DNA from: Octopus vulgaris
Lineage: Eukaryota
DNA: 64,000 nucleotides
Assembly (NCBI GenBank): GCA_951406725.2
Contig: OX597827.1
Span: forward strand, 62,496,001-62,560,000
Reading direction: 5' to 3'
Shown in pieces: positions 28,492 to 42,034 of this stretch. How positions within the stretch are numbered: the first letter of the stretch is position 1; the number at the start of each line of letters is the position of its first letter. Both the position numbers and the translations under genes were made by a program. The notes below the pieces were generated by a model. That model was not told the origin of the DNA. It saw only the letters and a program-made list of their open reading frames with translations, and searched no databases.

Positions 28492-28733
28492 GGTGTAGGA
28501 GTGGCTGTGTGGTTCCGGGTTCGCTCCCACTGCGTGGCACCTTGAGCAAGTGTCTTCTGCTATAGCCTCGGGTCGACCAAAGCCTTAGTGGTTCGGCAAT
28601 AGCGACCGATAGAATAAGTACTACGCTTACAAAGAATATGTCCTTGGGTTGATTTGCTCGACTAAAGGCGGTGCTCCAGCATGGCCACAGTCACATGACT
28701 GAAACAAGTAAAAGAGTAAAAGAGAGTAAAGAG
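28492..28733 (+). mobile_element. SINE family A, internally deleted (no microsatellite core)
   Basis: Head joins tail directly at caaagcctt|agtggttcggc. Confidence 0.85.
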
Positions 28734-28764
28734 TATACAGTACTACGTTTGCTGCATTTTACAC

Positions 28765-29030
28765 TAGTGATTAGAGAGTCGGAGTCACAATAATAATGTG
28801 GCAAGTTCGATACCTGGACCAGGCTGCGTGTTGTGTTCTTGAGCAAGACACTTCATTTCACGTTGCTCCAGTTCACTCAGCTGTAGAAATAAATTGCGAC
28901 GTCACAGATGCCAAGCTGTATCGGCCTTTACCTTTCCCTTGGATAACATCAGTGGCGTGGAGAGGAGAGACTGTTATGCCTGGGCGACTGCTAGTCTTCC
29001 ATAAACAAACTTGCCGCGACTTGTGCTTCA
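28765..29030 (+). mobile_element. SINE family D
   Basis: tagtgattagag..gttcgatacc..ttgagcaagacactt..gccaagctgtatcggcc..ggagaggagag; matches 49872-50209 (-). Confidence 0.75.
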
Positions 29031-29231
29031 GTGCGAGGCAGGCTTCCGACCACAGAGCCGATATGCACTCACATCATAAATAATCATAAGAAATTCCGTT
29101 GAGCATTTTGTCCGGAGTGCTAACGACTTTGCTAGTTCGCAATCATAGCATTTTCTTCAAATTGTGTCTTGACACTTGGCCCTTTGTTTTAAGATCCCAA
29201 TGTAGCTCCTATATTTTCCTGAACAAATATA

Positions 29232-30005
<774 letters not shown>

Positions 30006-30829
30006 AAAGAAATACATGCTTTATTTTCATCCAAAGGTGTAACCCCATGGTCATTCATGGCCGAAGTGGGTTCTATAATAGAAACAAATCTTTCAAACGT
30101 AATACGAAACATGAATTCATCGGAGTGCTGTCCTGGTTTTGATTGGTATTTCCATTATGTTTCGGCTGCGTTCGCTCCATTCTTCTTGAGGCGTATTGTT
30201 ATTCACTTTAGTGCCTTGCCTAAAGATTGTACTCAGAATCTCTGAGTGACCGTACTGCATTAACCAGCTCCATGCCCCGTCCGTAGTCAGTGTCACTAAG
30301 ATGCACCACAATACACATGAAGAAGTCTGGAACGTTCACAGCTGCAACGATGTGAAAGCAACTATCAAGATAAGGACACCATTCGACTAATACATGATAT
30401 GAAATTCCTCATCTCAGAAACATAGAAAAATACAAATTGTACAGAAATTACATATGGTTATCTCCAAACTTGGAATCATCTTACAATTTTCAAAATACCT
30501 GTGGAATATCCATAAGAGCACCTCCATTGTAATAGCTGTCATCATAATAGATGAAACAGCATGTATTTTAAAAATTCCAGCTGTGATTTCATGAGAATCC
30601 ATTTTAAACTGTTGACAAGAGTCAAGGCGTACGTATTTATGAATAGATACCCATACACGAAGGATTACCGAAAATTTTATAAATAGATTTGATATTCTGA
30701 ATGTATTTTTAAAAAGAATTTCCTCCTGCTATCGGCAAAAGGACTAAAACGTTTCAGAAAGATGGTTAATCAATTACAAGAACCCCTGTGAAAAACTGGT
30801 ACTGATTTTATCGCCTCTTGCAGAATCTT

Positions 30830-31033
30830 TTATTCTTTGTCTTTTACTTGTTTCTATTATTAGACTGCGACCATGATGGGGCACCACTTTTTAAAATGTT
30901 TAGTCGAATGAATCGACCGCGGCACTTATTTTTTTAAAGCCTGAAATTTCTAAGTTAATGAAACGTAAAAACAGCAATACCAAGTGGTGGTGTGTGTGGG
31001 TATGTGTCAGCAAACACAGATACAAGGACACAC

Positions 31034-31126
<93 letters not shown>

Positions 31127-31282
31127 AATATATATATATTTAAAAACGGTAAGATAACAGAAGAAAGAAAGAGACCTCAATATTATGTAAACTGAAGACA
31201 TGGTGGTGTGTATTTCCACCTCGTTATCCGAAACTCAGAGTTTTATCTTGGGTACCGAATCATTGTCACATATTACATTCAC

Positions 31283-31343
<61 letters not shown>

Positions 31344-31488
31344 ATGGCTCCTTCTAATTTCCGTCTACAAAATCCACTCATTTTCGTAGGCTAGAGAATA
31401 TAATAGAAGACACTTGCCCAAGGTGCCACGCAGTGGGACTGAATATCGAAGCATGTGGTTGGAAGGCAAGCTTCCTACCACACAGCCA
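30830..31488 (-). mobile_element. SINE family A, split by HHR cassette 31141-31287
   Basis: Tail 30830-31035 and head 31340-31488, with (TA)n on both sides of the insert. Confidence 0.75.
31187..31247 (+). ncRNA. Hammerhead motif (same family as 22178 and 62144)
   Basis: CTGAAGA(31192)-catggtgg..ccacc..atcc-GAAA-CTCaGAG-TT-ttatc. Confidence 0.6.
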
Positions 31489-31819
31489 TTATTCACTCAG
31501 ATCATAAATAATCAGAAGAAGGTATTGTCAAAATATATTACTGAATATTGCCATGGTTGCTGCATGAGGCTTTTTTTTTTTTTGCTATTCTGAAGAAACC
31601 AATTAGCTTATTGGAATCCGCCTTGGTATTTCTTTACAGTTATACACTCGTGCTAACCTCTCAATGACCTAAGTCTAGCTTTGAGTTCCTTAATGAGAGA
31701 CTATTGGAACGGAAGTAGTGTCGCTAAGACGATGTAACACTATATCTCTCATACATCAATTATTAGTGTTATGAATATATGAATGTCTGTGTACGTATAT
31801 GTATGTATATATATGTATG

Positions 31820-31901
<82 letters not shown>

Positions 31902-32459
31902 TGTATGTATGTATGTGTAAATGTTATTCGCCGTATTTCAAACACTGGTACAGTAAAAAACCTAGGGAGAAGAATGAAGGCAAAAAGTAAATTTTATTTA
32001 GCGATGTTATTTTGTTTTCATCACAATAACACAAATGAAACTCCATATACATTAGACCCCTATGTGCAACGTTATAAGATACTTCACTATGACATGATTT
32101 TTACAGCATCCAAACTCTCATGTTTCAAATTCTGAATAAAGAATCAGATGTAAAATATCTTTTAAATCCCAAGTGTCCCTTCTTAGCAACACCGGAGAAC
32201 ATTAATGATAAGAGAACCTACATCACACTCAACGACAAAATAACAGAGAGTTAGCTGCAAAACGACAAACATCATACATTGCGCAAAACACATCTACAGC
32301 ATTCAAAGCACACGTAGCTGAATGACGTAGAAAGGAAACCAAAAATATGCTTGATTTTGAGCAGGGATAAGCTAACTCTTTTTTTTTCGCCTTCAAAATT
32401 GTCTTTTGTTCTTGTCAGACGTGATAGAGGAGATATTCTCGTTTCTCGTTTATTCTCGT

Positions 32460-32791
32460 TTACTTGTTTCAGTCATTTGACTGCGGCCATGCTGGAGCAC
32501 CGCCTTTAATCGAGAAAATCGACCCCGGGACTTATTCTTTGTAAGCCCAGTACTTTTTCTATCGGACTCTTTTGCCGAACCGCTAAGTGACGGGGACGTA
32601 AACACACCAGCATCGGTTGTCAAGCAATGCTAGAGGGAAAAACACAGACACACAAACATATACACACACATGCACATATATATATATATACATATATACG
32701 ACAGGCTTCTTTTAGTTTCCGTCTACCAAATCCACTCACAAGGCTTTGGTCGGCCCGAGGCTATAGTAGAAGACACTTGCCCAAGATGCCA
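32460..32791 (-). mobile_element. SINE family A, 5'-truncated
   Basis: Matches 14126-14480. Confidence 0.85.
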
Positions 32792-32909
32792 CAGAAGCAC
32801 CACCAAATGTTGGTTCGGTTCCTCTGTCAAATATTCATTTTGTATCCAGTGGATAATCTGAATCCATACAATATTAGTATAAATTGGTAGTGTTGAAGAA
32901 GACTAAAAA

Positions 32910-33240
32910 GCAGCGAGTTTGAAGAAACGCTGGCACGCCGAACAAAATGCTTAGCGTCATTTTGTCCGTCTTTATGTTTTGAGTTGAGATTTCGGCCATG
33001 GTAGTCTTCGACTTTCTTTCTTTTGGGGTTGATAAAATAAGTACTAGTAATCGACATATCCCCTTCCCCGAAATTGCTGGACTGTATCAAAACCAATATT
33101 ATAGCTGATGAAAGCAGTGAGCTTATAGAATCGTTAGGGTGTCGACCAAAATGCTTAGCAGCATTTCGTCAGTCATTACGTTTTGACTCCAAATACCACC
33201 GAGAGGTCGATCTTGCTGTTCATCCTTCTGGGGTCTGTAA
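32910..33240 (+). mobile_element. Two degraded tandem SINE family B-related copies
   Basis: gcgagtttgaagaaacgctggcacgccgaacaaaatgcttagc.. and gagcttatagaatcgttag..gaggtcgatcttgc..catcc. Confidence 0.6.
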
Positions 33241-33565
33241 GAGGTGGAAAATATTCCATCAACATTGCCCAGATGATATAGGCATCACCTTTAAAATTCA
33301 TCCTAGGCTTGGTCCTTGTGCCATCCGTCCACTACAGAACTATTTCATCTCAACTGGCTTCGTTCTCTTCAACCTCGTGCCAGCCCACATAAAGGAATAC
33401 AGTGATTTTACGGCATTCAAACTGTCCCTAGATTATTATCTCCAACAAATACCAGACAAACCACCCACACCTTGATATGCCTCTGGAAACAATAACTCTG
33501 CTCGAATGGGCTATGGTGCATAAGAGCTGACTGTGTATCTCTTCCAGATGGTGCTATTAAATTAA
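33241..33565 (+). pseudogene. CR1-clade LINE 3' end
   Basis: WKIFHQHCPDDIGITFKIHPRLG..LFNLVPAHIKE..FKLSLDYYLQQIPDKPPTP*YASGNNNS, a typical CR1 ORF2 C-terminus. Confidence 0.75.
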
Positions 33566-33963
33566 AGAAGTAATCTAAGTAATCTACTGGTCTTCAGTCA
33601 AAATTTGAAAACAATATTGAAAAATACTTATTCACTCTTTTTATTATGAACTTGGCATTCTAAATTACTTTTCTTGGTGTTTGAAATATTCACATGCTTC
33701 TACGCATTTCCTGGTCTGAAAGCTACTCCAGACTTTTTATGAAAAAAAAAAAAAATGGGATTTATATTCTTTCACTTAATTTTTTTTTTTACCTTGTTTC
33801 AGTTATTTGACTGCGGCTATGCTGGAGCACCACCTTGAAGTATTCTTTTATTCCTTTATTCGTTTCAGTCATTTGAGGGGCAAGGTTTACTGCAGTAGCA
33901 AGATTCACAAATTATAAAACCACTAACAACAGCCCAGAATTGTGCTAGAGCAACATTCTGAAA

Positions 33964-34319
33964 CAGGGGTTCTCAACCATTTTTAAAAAAATCTAAGGAC
34001 CCCTTTGATAGCTAATTTATTCTGGTGGATTCCCATAGCCATTTGATGTCTAAACACTTGTTTTATAGAAAATTCTTTAAAAATTTCCATTTTGTTTATC
34101 ACACATTAATTTGTTTAGGTTGAACTTTGTAAAAATGTTAGAGAAAGAAACCTGGTTGTTTCTTGCAATACATACCAATGCTTATATCTAATGCAAAATG
34201 TTTTTCAGAGTTGCTTAAAATATTACTATGGATCCTGAATTTGCTATTTTGTTGCGTGAACTTCCAAAAATCAGATATGGGCCCTCAGGTGCCATATGGA
34301 CCCCGATTGAAAACCACTA
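33964..34319. mobile_element. hAT-like MITE
   Basis: TIRs caggggttctcaa / ttgaaaaccacta; internal ggacccc subterminal motifs; 8-bp TSD only partly preserved. Confidence 0.7.
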
Positions 34320-35088
34320 TTTCAAAACCTGGAGTGATATTTTCAATTAAATCCTGTCAAGATAAAGCCCCAGCATGGCCGCGGTCCGATGAATGGGACG
34401 TGTCAACGATAGACATAAACAAATAATAAAATATAATAAACAAAATGAAAAGGTCGAATACCTTCTTGTAAGAAATGATTAGCATCTTTCATTCACTTCA
34501 AATTCTGGTTCGAATCATTTCATACCTCATTTGACACTAATCCTGAAGCATAAGACTCCATGTTGTCTGTCTATTAGAAACCTCACAATTTAATATATAA
34601 TTTTTTTTTCGTCAAAGCTATCGGTCGAATAAATGAATTAACTGTAAACTTTAAACAAATTTTATTTAATTTCATTGATATCAACGTTCAGACGAATTTG
34701 AAAATTGGGTGGAAGTTGTGTGTGTGTGTGGGGGGGGGGGCAAAACATTTATGACGTCATCAAAATCAATATTTTTCAAAAATGTGAAAGGTAAAGAGAG
34801 GATGGGGGTAGGGATGGTTTGCTGATTACAAATTTAGTAAATTATAATTTCGTTTGATTTTTCATTTGGAGTTTGTGAAATAGTTCAGTTATGACGTCAG
34901 AACCTAAAGATTTCTGTTGCAAAACCACAAGACATTCTAGTTTTCACCTTCATACATTTCCGCAGACGTTAAACTCTGGAATTGTAGGTTGCCTTTTGTC
35001 TACACCAACGCAGTCTGAAAATATTTCCTCGACCTTAGCATAAACAAAGGCATGTTTCTAGTCAAGAAAAGACACAGAGAAAACGTAT

Positions 35089-35122
<34 letters not shown>

Positions 35123-35494
35123 AGGGGGGGAGTTGGAGAAAAGAAACAGAATTTCCAAACCAGTTTTGTTAACTGGAATTGCTATACATGATTTCATACA
35201 ACTTTATGAAGAAAATCTATATTTTATAGAAGCACACATTATTTACAATTATAATGTATATTTCGGAGCTGTACTTGTTTGCCAAGTGAGTTGATTTACC
35301 GTTATGCTATTTCATACATCTATCCTGAGCTAGTAACATATCTAGACATCATTAGTAACGTATCAATCTTTCTCTTCTCATCGCTAGATAACAATTCATG
35401 TTTAAGAATGAATTGTTGTTATCTATTAAGTTATTTAGTCTGTTTCTATTATATAACTCACGTCAGCTTTTTTTAAATTCACAAGCGAAGATGT

Positions 35495-36205
35495 AGACAT
35501 AGCAATATGGTTAAGAAGCTCGTTTTGCGATCGCGTGGTTTTGGGTTCAATCTGACTGTGCGGCAGGTTTGGTGTCTTAATGTATTCCCTCGAACTTTCT
35601 CAGTGAATTTGTCTAACGTATATATATATATATATATATATATATCGCTCTTCCTCCTTGACTCTCTCGTCGCTGACACATGACGAAAGGGAATCTATCT
35701 TTCTGCCCATTTCCTTCCTAAAGACAACACGTTCTAATACCCGTCTCCTCTCATAAGCTCGTCCTCCAAGCGTTCATAATAATTTTTCTATCGTCTTGGC
35801 TCAACAGCCCTCACCGTTTGTTTTTACTGTCTTGTTCTCACAGTTCTGTTCTTGTTACCACTTTCACCTTCGCATAAGGATCCCAAATTTTATGTAATCT
35901 GTTTTACGGGAAGGACTGTTTCAACGAAGTCGCGTATTGTCCTTGCCCACGTAACGCGTAGTAGTTGAAACGGCGACAACTGATGAAGTGGAATATTCTC
36001 TATGTGGCATGTCTCGTTTCTCTGTTGGTTTTCTCTTTGTTAAAAAAAAGTTCGTTTTCTATGTTTTTGTGTTTATGTTTTCGTTTCTCATTGTGTTCAA
36101 CGTTTTTTTGATGTCCTGTACCTATATATGCATGTATATATACATATATATGTAGGTATGTACATATATGTATGTATATATGCATATATTTATATACTAT
36201 TTATA

Positions 36206-36251
<46 letters not shown>

Positions 36252-36530
36252 CTATATATATGTGTGTGTATGTATATATACGAATATATATATAAGTGTG
36301 TGTGTGTGGCGTGGATGTTTGTGTTCTGTTTGATCTCTACCACCGCTTGACAACAGTGTTGGTTTGTTTACGTTCCTGAAACTAGTGGTTCTGCAAAGCA
36401 AACTGATACAGTAAATACCGAACTTACCAAACTAGTATTACGTCGATTTATTCGGCTAAATCTTACATGGCAGTGTCCCAGCATAGCCGCAGTCCAATAA
36501 CTGAAACTGGTGGAAGAAAAGAACGGATAA
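35495..36530 (+). mobile_element. Degraded SINE family A copy, split by ~550-bp cassette 35646-36200
   Basis: Head (tggttaagaagctc..gggttcaatc) before (TA)n; tail (cttgacaac..gtggttctgcaaa..ccagcatagccgcagtc) after. Confidence 0.6.
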
Positions 36531-37261
36531 AAGAAACATTCTAAATAGATATACGCAGTTAATTGTCTCTGCATTCTGGTTTAAATTCTCTTTTGTAGTC
36601 ATTTCGTTTTCTCTGTTAATTCGCTTGAGAAAAATATATTCTTTTGCTCAGCAAAAAATATATTTTCTGCATTAAATGTTCATGTAATAGCAGTTGTATA
36701 AACTGTCGAATTTATTTTTTCCCGGTGATTAACGTCCATCACAAGGTCCAGTCTTTGCTGTGGTAACTCGTTTGCATCAATGACTGTTAGAGCTATGCCA
36801 TCGGAGCGCATGCTCCTGGTAACAATAAAACGCAAAGTCCATAAAACGATTAACTTACCCCCTTAGGCTGCGCACCGGCCATTTGCATTGCAAAGTGAAA
36901 CGAGAATAGTGGACGTATAAGATTACCTAAAGAAGCAAGATTCCCAACTTATAAATCCCTCTCATTGTCACTCACTAAATCAGAGCCATCAAAAACAACC
37001 CAGAAGTCTATTAGAATTAACTGAGGTCGACCTTTGCGACTAAAACTTGTTATGGTTGTGTCTAAGAATGGGACACTATCTATGATGGATATGTCAAAGT
37101 ACAGAGGTCAAATTAATGTAAACTATCTCTTCTCTGAGATAAAATTGGGCTTGTGTAGGTTCAATACCTTTACCTAAAAAGTATGGATTATAATTCAAAG
37201 CCAAGACCTGCGAAACGAAATCCGTCTCTTAACGAAACATATACCATTATTATATTCATTA

Positions 37262-37470
37262 TGAGCTGGCAGAGTCGTTAGCTCGCCGGTAAAAGTGCTT
37301 AGCGGCATTTCTTTTGGGTTTACATTCTGAGTTTAAATTCAGTCGAGATCGACTTTGCCTGTCATCCTTTTGGTGTCGATGAGATAAATACGTCACGCAC
37401 TGCGGTCGATGTTATCGACTAACCCCCTACCCCAAATTTCAGGCCTTGTGACTATCCTATTGGAGAAAGA
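37262..37470 (+). mobile_element. SINE family B-related copy
   Basis: gagctggcagagtcgttagc..gatcgactttgcctgtcatcctt. Confidence 0.75.
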
Positions 37471-38199
37471 ACTATTTTGCTGATGGGGGATATTTTACTG
37501 AGGCTGAGCTTAAAAAGAAGGCATTTTGCAAGAGAGGAGAAGAAAGGAGAGCTCAAACCAGATCTGCATAAGAAGCGAAAGGCATGAGTAAAACAAGTGA
37601 TAAATGCAGGAAAACTTTATATGTTGAAGGATATTACAGACAGGCTTTTCTTTTTTGCTTTAGAAACAACCAATCTGGCATTAAAAAAAACAACAAAAAA
37701 ACCCAACATTATTGCAGACACTAACTGTCTCGCTGACTGTGCGATAGAATCAGCTTGTGCTTTGCATTAAAGGCAAAGAACTGCTGCTCGTTTCATATAA
37801 GACTGTCTCTCGTTTCCGTAGCTGAAGGCAGTCCTGACAGTTGTGACTGCCAATATATTAAGTTTTGTCAGATATCAATTTTGGTTACTGAATATAGCTG
37901 CATGACAAAATCTTATGAAGCTGTTTAGTAACACATTTTGGTACACTGTGCAGTAAATTGTAAAAACTTCTTTATTGAATCTCTACATTGTATTTATTTT
38001 TGTGGCTGCTATTTTGCAAATCTGAACCAAATTTGACTTCTTTCAACAGCAAATAAAATATGCCAGTATTCCTATAAGGCATTTCGGACGTGTATGACTT
38101 CATACTTTGAATGATGCTAATAATCCCGAGATGAAGGACTTAAGATCGAATGTCGACGCTTATACACTTGTCAGTTGATCCCGTGGGCGGAGTACGTCC

Positions 38200-38440
38200 A
38201 TCCGTTGCGATGTCACTGGTGCCAAGCTATATCGGCTTTTACATTTCCCTTGAATAACACCATTGGTATACAGAGGAGAGGCTGGTATGCATGGGCGACT
38301 ACATACCAGCCTAACCCGACTGCATACTAACCCTAACCCTAATCAATAAACAACCTTGCCGGGACTTGTGCCTCGGAGGGTTACTTCCAAGTACAATCCT
38401 ATGGTCATTCATGAGCAAAACGGGACTTTACCCTTTACCC
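38200..38440 (+). mobile_element. SINE family D, 5'-truncated, with internal insertion
   Basis: gccaagctatatcggc..gaggctggtatgcatgggcgact..taaacaaccttgcc..gtcattcatga. Confidence 0.7.
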
Positions 38441-38560
38441 TTTATAGGCTACAGAAATAAACCATGCCGAATCATATGATAGTCAAGTCATATGGTGGGC
38501 TTTATGTTTTTTTTCGTCTTTAACCTCAGATAAAATGTACAGGGGAAGTATTACAACAAA

Positions 38561-38857
38561 GCACATGGCCTAGTGGTTAGAGCAGCGGATTCGTGGTCGA
38601 GGGATCGCGGGTTCGAATCTCAGACAGGGCGATGTGTGTGTTTATGAGCGAATCACCTAAGCTCCAAGCGGCCCCGGCTGAAGGTTATGGCGAACGTCTG
38701 CTGATTCTTTTGCCACAACTTTCTCTCACTCTTTCCTCCTGCATCTTGCAGCTCACTGCGACGGACCGTCGTCCCGTCCAGGTGGGGAACCTGTGTGCCA
38801 AGGAAACCGGGAAACCGGCCCTTATGAGCCAGTCGTGGCTCGAGAAGGAACAAACAA
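38561..38857 (+). mobile_element. SINE family C (tRNA-Arg-like head), copy 1
   Basis: A box TGGCCTAGTGG, TCG anticodon-like loop, B box GGTTCGAATC; tail gaaggaacaaacaa followed by (TGTA)n. Confidence 0.85.
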
Positions 38858-38953
38858 TGTATGTATGTATGTATGTATGTATGTATGTATGTATGTATGT
38901 ATGTATGTATGTATGTATGTATGTATGTATGTATGCATGCATGTATGTATGTG

Positions 38954-39232
38954 TGGAGACACATGGCCTAGTGGTTAGGGCAGCGGATTCGCGGTCGAGG
39001 GATCGCGGGTTCGAATCTCAGAACGGGTAATGTGTGTGTTTATGAGCGAAACACCTAAGCTCCACGCGGCTCCGGCAGAAGGTAATGGCGAACTTCTGCT
39101 GACTCTTTCGCCACAACTTTCTTTCACTCTTTCCTCCTTAATCTTGCAGCTCACCAGCGGGGAACCTATGCGCCAAGGAAACCGGGAAACCGGCCATTAT
39201 GAGCCAGGCTTGGCTCGAGAAGGAACAAACAA
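38954..39232 (+). mobile_element. SINE family C, tandem copy 2
   Basis: Close match to copy 1 with a small internal deletion; also followed by (TGTA)n. Confidence 0.85.
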
Positions 39233-39303
39233 TGTATGTATGTATGTGTGTATGTATGTATGTATGTATGTATGTATGTATGTATGTATGTATGTATGTA
39301 TGT

Positions 39304-39556
39304 ATATGCAACATGAGCGTATGGACATTTAACCAGGTTCTTTCAACGCCCACCAAACCACAAGATTGAAATCAGAAGCATAAACGATCATGTAACAAAC
39401 TTGAACGCGAACAGAAGAAAAGAAAAGAAAAATAACAAAGCTAGAATGTGGGTTGAGATATGCAACATGAGCGTATGGACATTTAACCAGGTTCTTTCAA
39501 CGCCCACCAAACCACAAGATTGAAATCAGAAGCATAAACGATCATGTAACAAACTT
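39304..39556. repeat. 99-bp direct duplication, identical by eye
   Basis: 39304-39402 matches 39458-39556. Confidence 0.9.
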
Positions 39557-39974
39557 TAAAAAAAAAAATGTTTTAATAAATAAATATAAAATTGATTAAT
39601 TTTTGCAAAGCTAAATGTTCAATGATAGATCGAATAACAGACATCACTATATCATTTATTTAAAATAGTAGAAATAGAAATACGATAAAGAAAGACAGTG
39701 ATAGGAGAATATAGAATCTGAATATAGAGAGATACATTATATTTAGAGAAAAGAAAAACATTTAATCCGGCAGTTTATAGTTTCTGTCGCATACCAACAT
39801 ACTGAATAAAATAGTTATATACAATATCACAACAAATAAAGGAAACAGAATTATATTTCATATTCAATTATTATTACTGTGCCAAGACTGTATCGCGGTG
39901 AACCTGATAAAATCGACGCTTGGTTGTTGCTAGTTGGAATTCGAATCGTTAGAGCATCGGCATAAAATGCTCTG

Positions 39975-40395
39975 CTCTTTAACTCTTTTACTTGTTTCAG
40001 TCATTTGACTGCGGCCATGCTGGAGCACCGCCTTTAATCGAGCAACTCGACCACCTCGGGACTTATTCTTTTGTAAGCCCAGTACTTATTCTATCGGTCT
40101 CTTTTGCCGAACCGCTAAGTAACGGGGACATAAAAACACCAGCATCGGTTGTCAAGCAATGCTAGGGGGACAAACACAGCCACACAAACATACACGCACG
40201 CATATATATATATATATATATATACATATATACGATGGGCTTCTTTCAGTTTCCGTCTACCAAATCCACTCACAAGGCTTTGGTCGGCCCGAGGCTATAG
40301 TAGAAGACACTTGCCCAAGGTGCCACGCAGTGGGACTGAACCCGGAACCATGTGACTGGTAGACAAGCTACTTACCACACAGCCACTCCTGCGCC
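39975..40395 (-). mobile_element. SINE family A, full length, inserted in a family B-like remnant
   Basis: Matches 14126-14550. Confidence 0.9.
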
Positions 40396-41346
40396 TGCTG
40401 TGTTTCTTCCACCTGATTTCCGTGCTGAGTTTAAACACCGTCGAAGTATACTTGATTTTCGCCTTTCTTGGGGTGGGATGGGGGTGGGGGTGTGGATAAA
40501 ATAAAGTACTAATCAAGAATTGGTGTCGTTGTTTCGACTTAAACCTCTGACCCAAATCGCTGATCACGTGCCTCCTCCTCCTCTCCTCCCCTTCCTCCCC
40601 CTTCACCCCTCTTCTTCCCCTCCCTCCTTTTCCCATTCTCCTCTTCCTCTCACTCTCTTCCTCTTCCTCCTCCTCCTCCTCCTCCTCCTCCTCCTCTACA
40701 TTTTTCTCCTCACCTTTTCCACTTCCTCCTCCTCCCTCCCCCTCTTCTTTTCCTCTTCTTTTTCTCCTTCTTCCACTCCTTCCCCTTCACTGTTTCCTCC
40801 TCCTCCTCCTCCTTCAGCTCCTCCCACTCCATCAACGTACCCCTACTGTTTCTCTTCAATATCATCATCCTTCTCCTTCTCCTCCTCCTCCTCCTCCTCC
40901 ACCACCATCATCAACAACAATAACAACATCAGCATTAGCCTTTTATCTGATTGACAGAATCGTTATATCGTCGGGAAAAAATACTTTCTAGTATTTCCTT
41001 TCGGGAAAAAATGCTTTCTAGTATTTCCTTTCTCCTCCCTGCAGACTCTATGAAATATCGTAGCAGCCAAGTACCGCAGTGCATTTAGCCGACTATTCCC
41101 ACCTATCAAATTTTAGGCCTTGTGTCAATCCCACTCACTAAGCAACAGCAGCCATAATCCGAAAAGAAGAACAAGTCAACATCATCGGTAACCACTGAGC
41201 CGCAGGTTTTATGTCGGAATAATCCCAGTTACTTGAGTTACCTTCTCCTAGAAGGATGCCCTAACAAAGGCTAGGAGTCCTTCACTCCCAATGGTTTAAC
41301 TGTGCGATCGGGTATTCAGTCCGATTATTACTGTGTCCCCGCGCAT

Positions 41347-41757
41347 GATACATACATACATACATAAATACATACATAAATAAATACATACATACATACA
41401 TACATACATACATACATACATACATACATACATACATACATACATACATACATACATACATACATAAATACATACATACATACATACATACATACATACA
41501 TACATACATACATACATACATACATACATACATACATACATACATACATACATACATACATACATACATACATACATAAATACATACATACATAAATACA
41601 TACATACATACATACATACATAAATAAATACATACATACATAAATACATACATACATACATACATACATACATACATAAATACATACATACATAAATACA
41701 TACATACATACATACATACATACATACATAAATACATACATACATACATACATACAT
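41347..41757. repeat. (ATAC)n microsatellite, ~410 bp
   Basis: Direct reading. Confidence 0.95.
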
Positions 41758-42034
41758 ATTACAAACGATTTTCATTACTAACGAACAGAATAGTTAGCTC
41801 GCCAGTCAAAATATTCTTGTGTTCTGCGTTCAAATACCACCGAGGTGGACTTTGCTTTTCATCATTCGGAGTCGATAAAATAAGGACCAATCGATTACTG
41901 AGGTCGATGTAATCGATTAATCTCTGCCTCCCTTATACAATTGTGGCCTTTGTGTCAATATTTCAAACAATTATTAGCGAATCAATAAAAATTTTGAATC
42001 GCTAAAATGCAAAAGACACCGGCTAACATGTCCT

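Noticed and set aside
38561-38630. tRNA-like sequences here and at the heads of families A and D
   Set aside because: No complete acceptor stem and each continues into a repeated body; SINE heads rather than tRNA genes
39304-39556. CRISPR-like or LTR interpretation of direct repeats
   Set aside because: Only two copies, eukaryotic context, no TG..CA ends or PBS; a simple local duplication or assembly artefact
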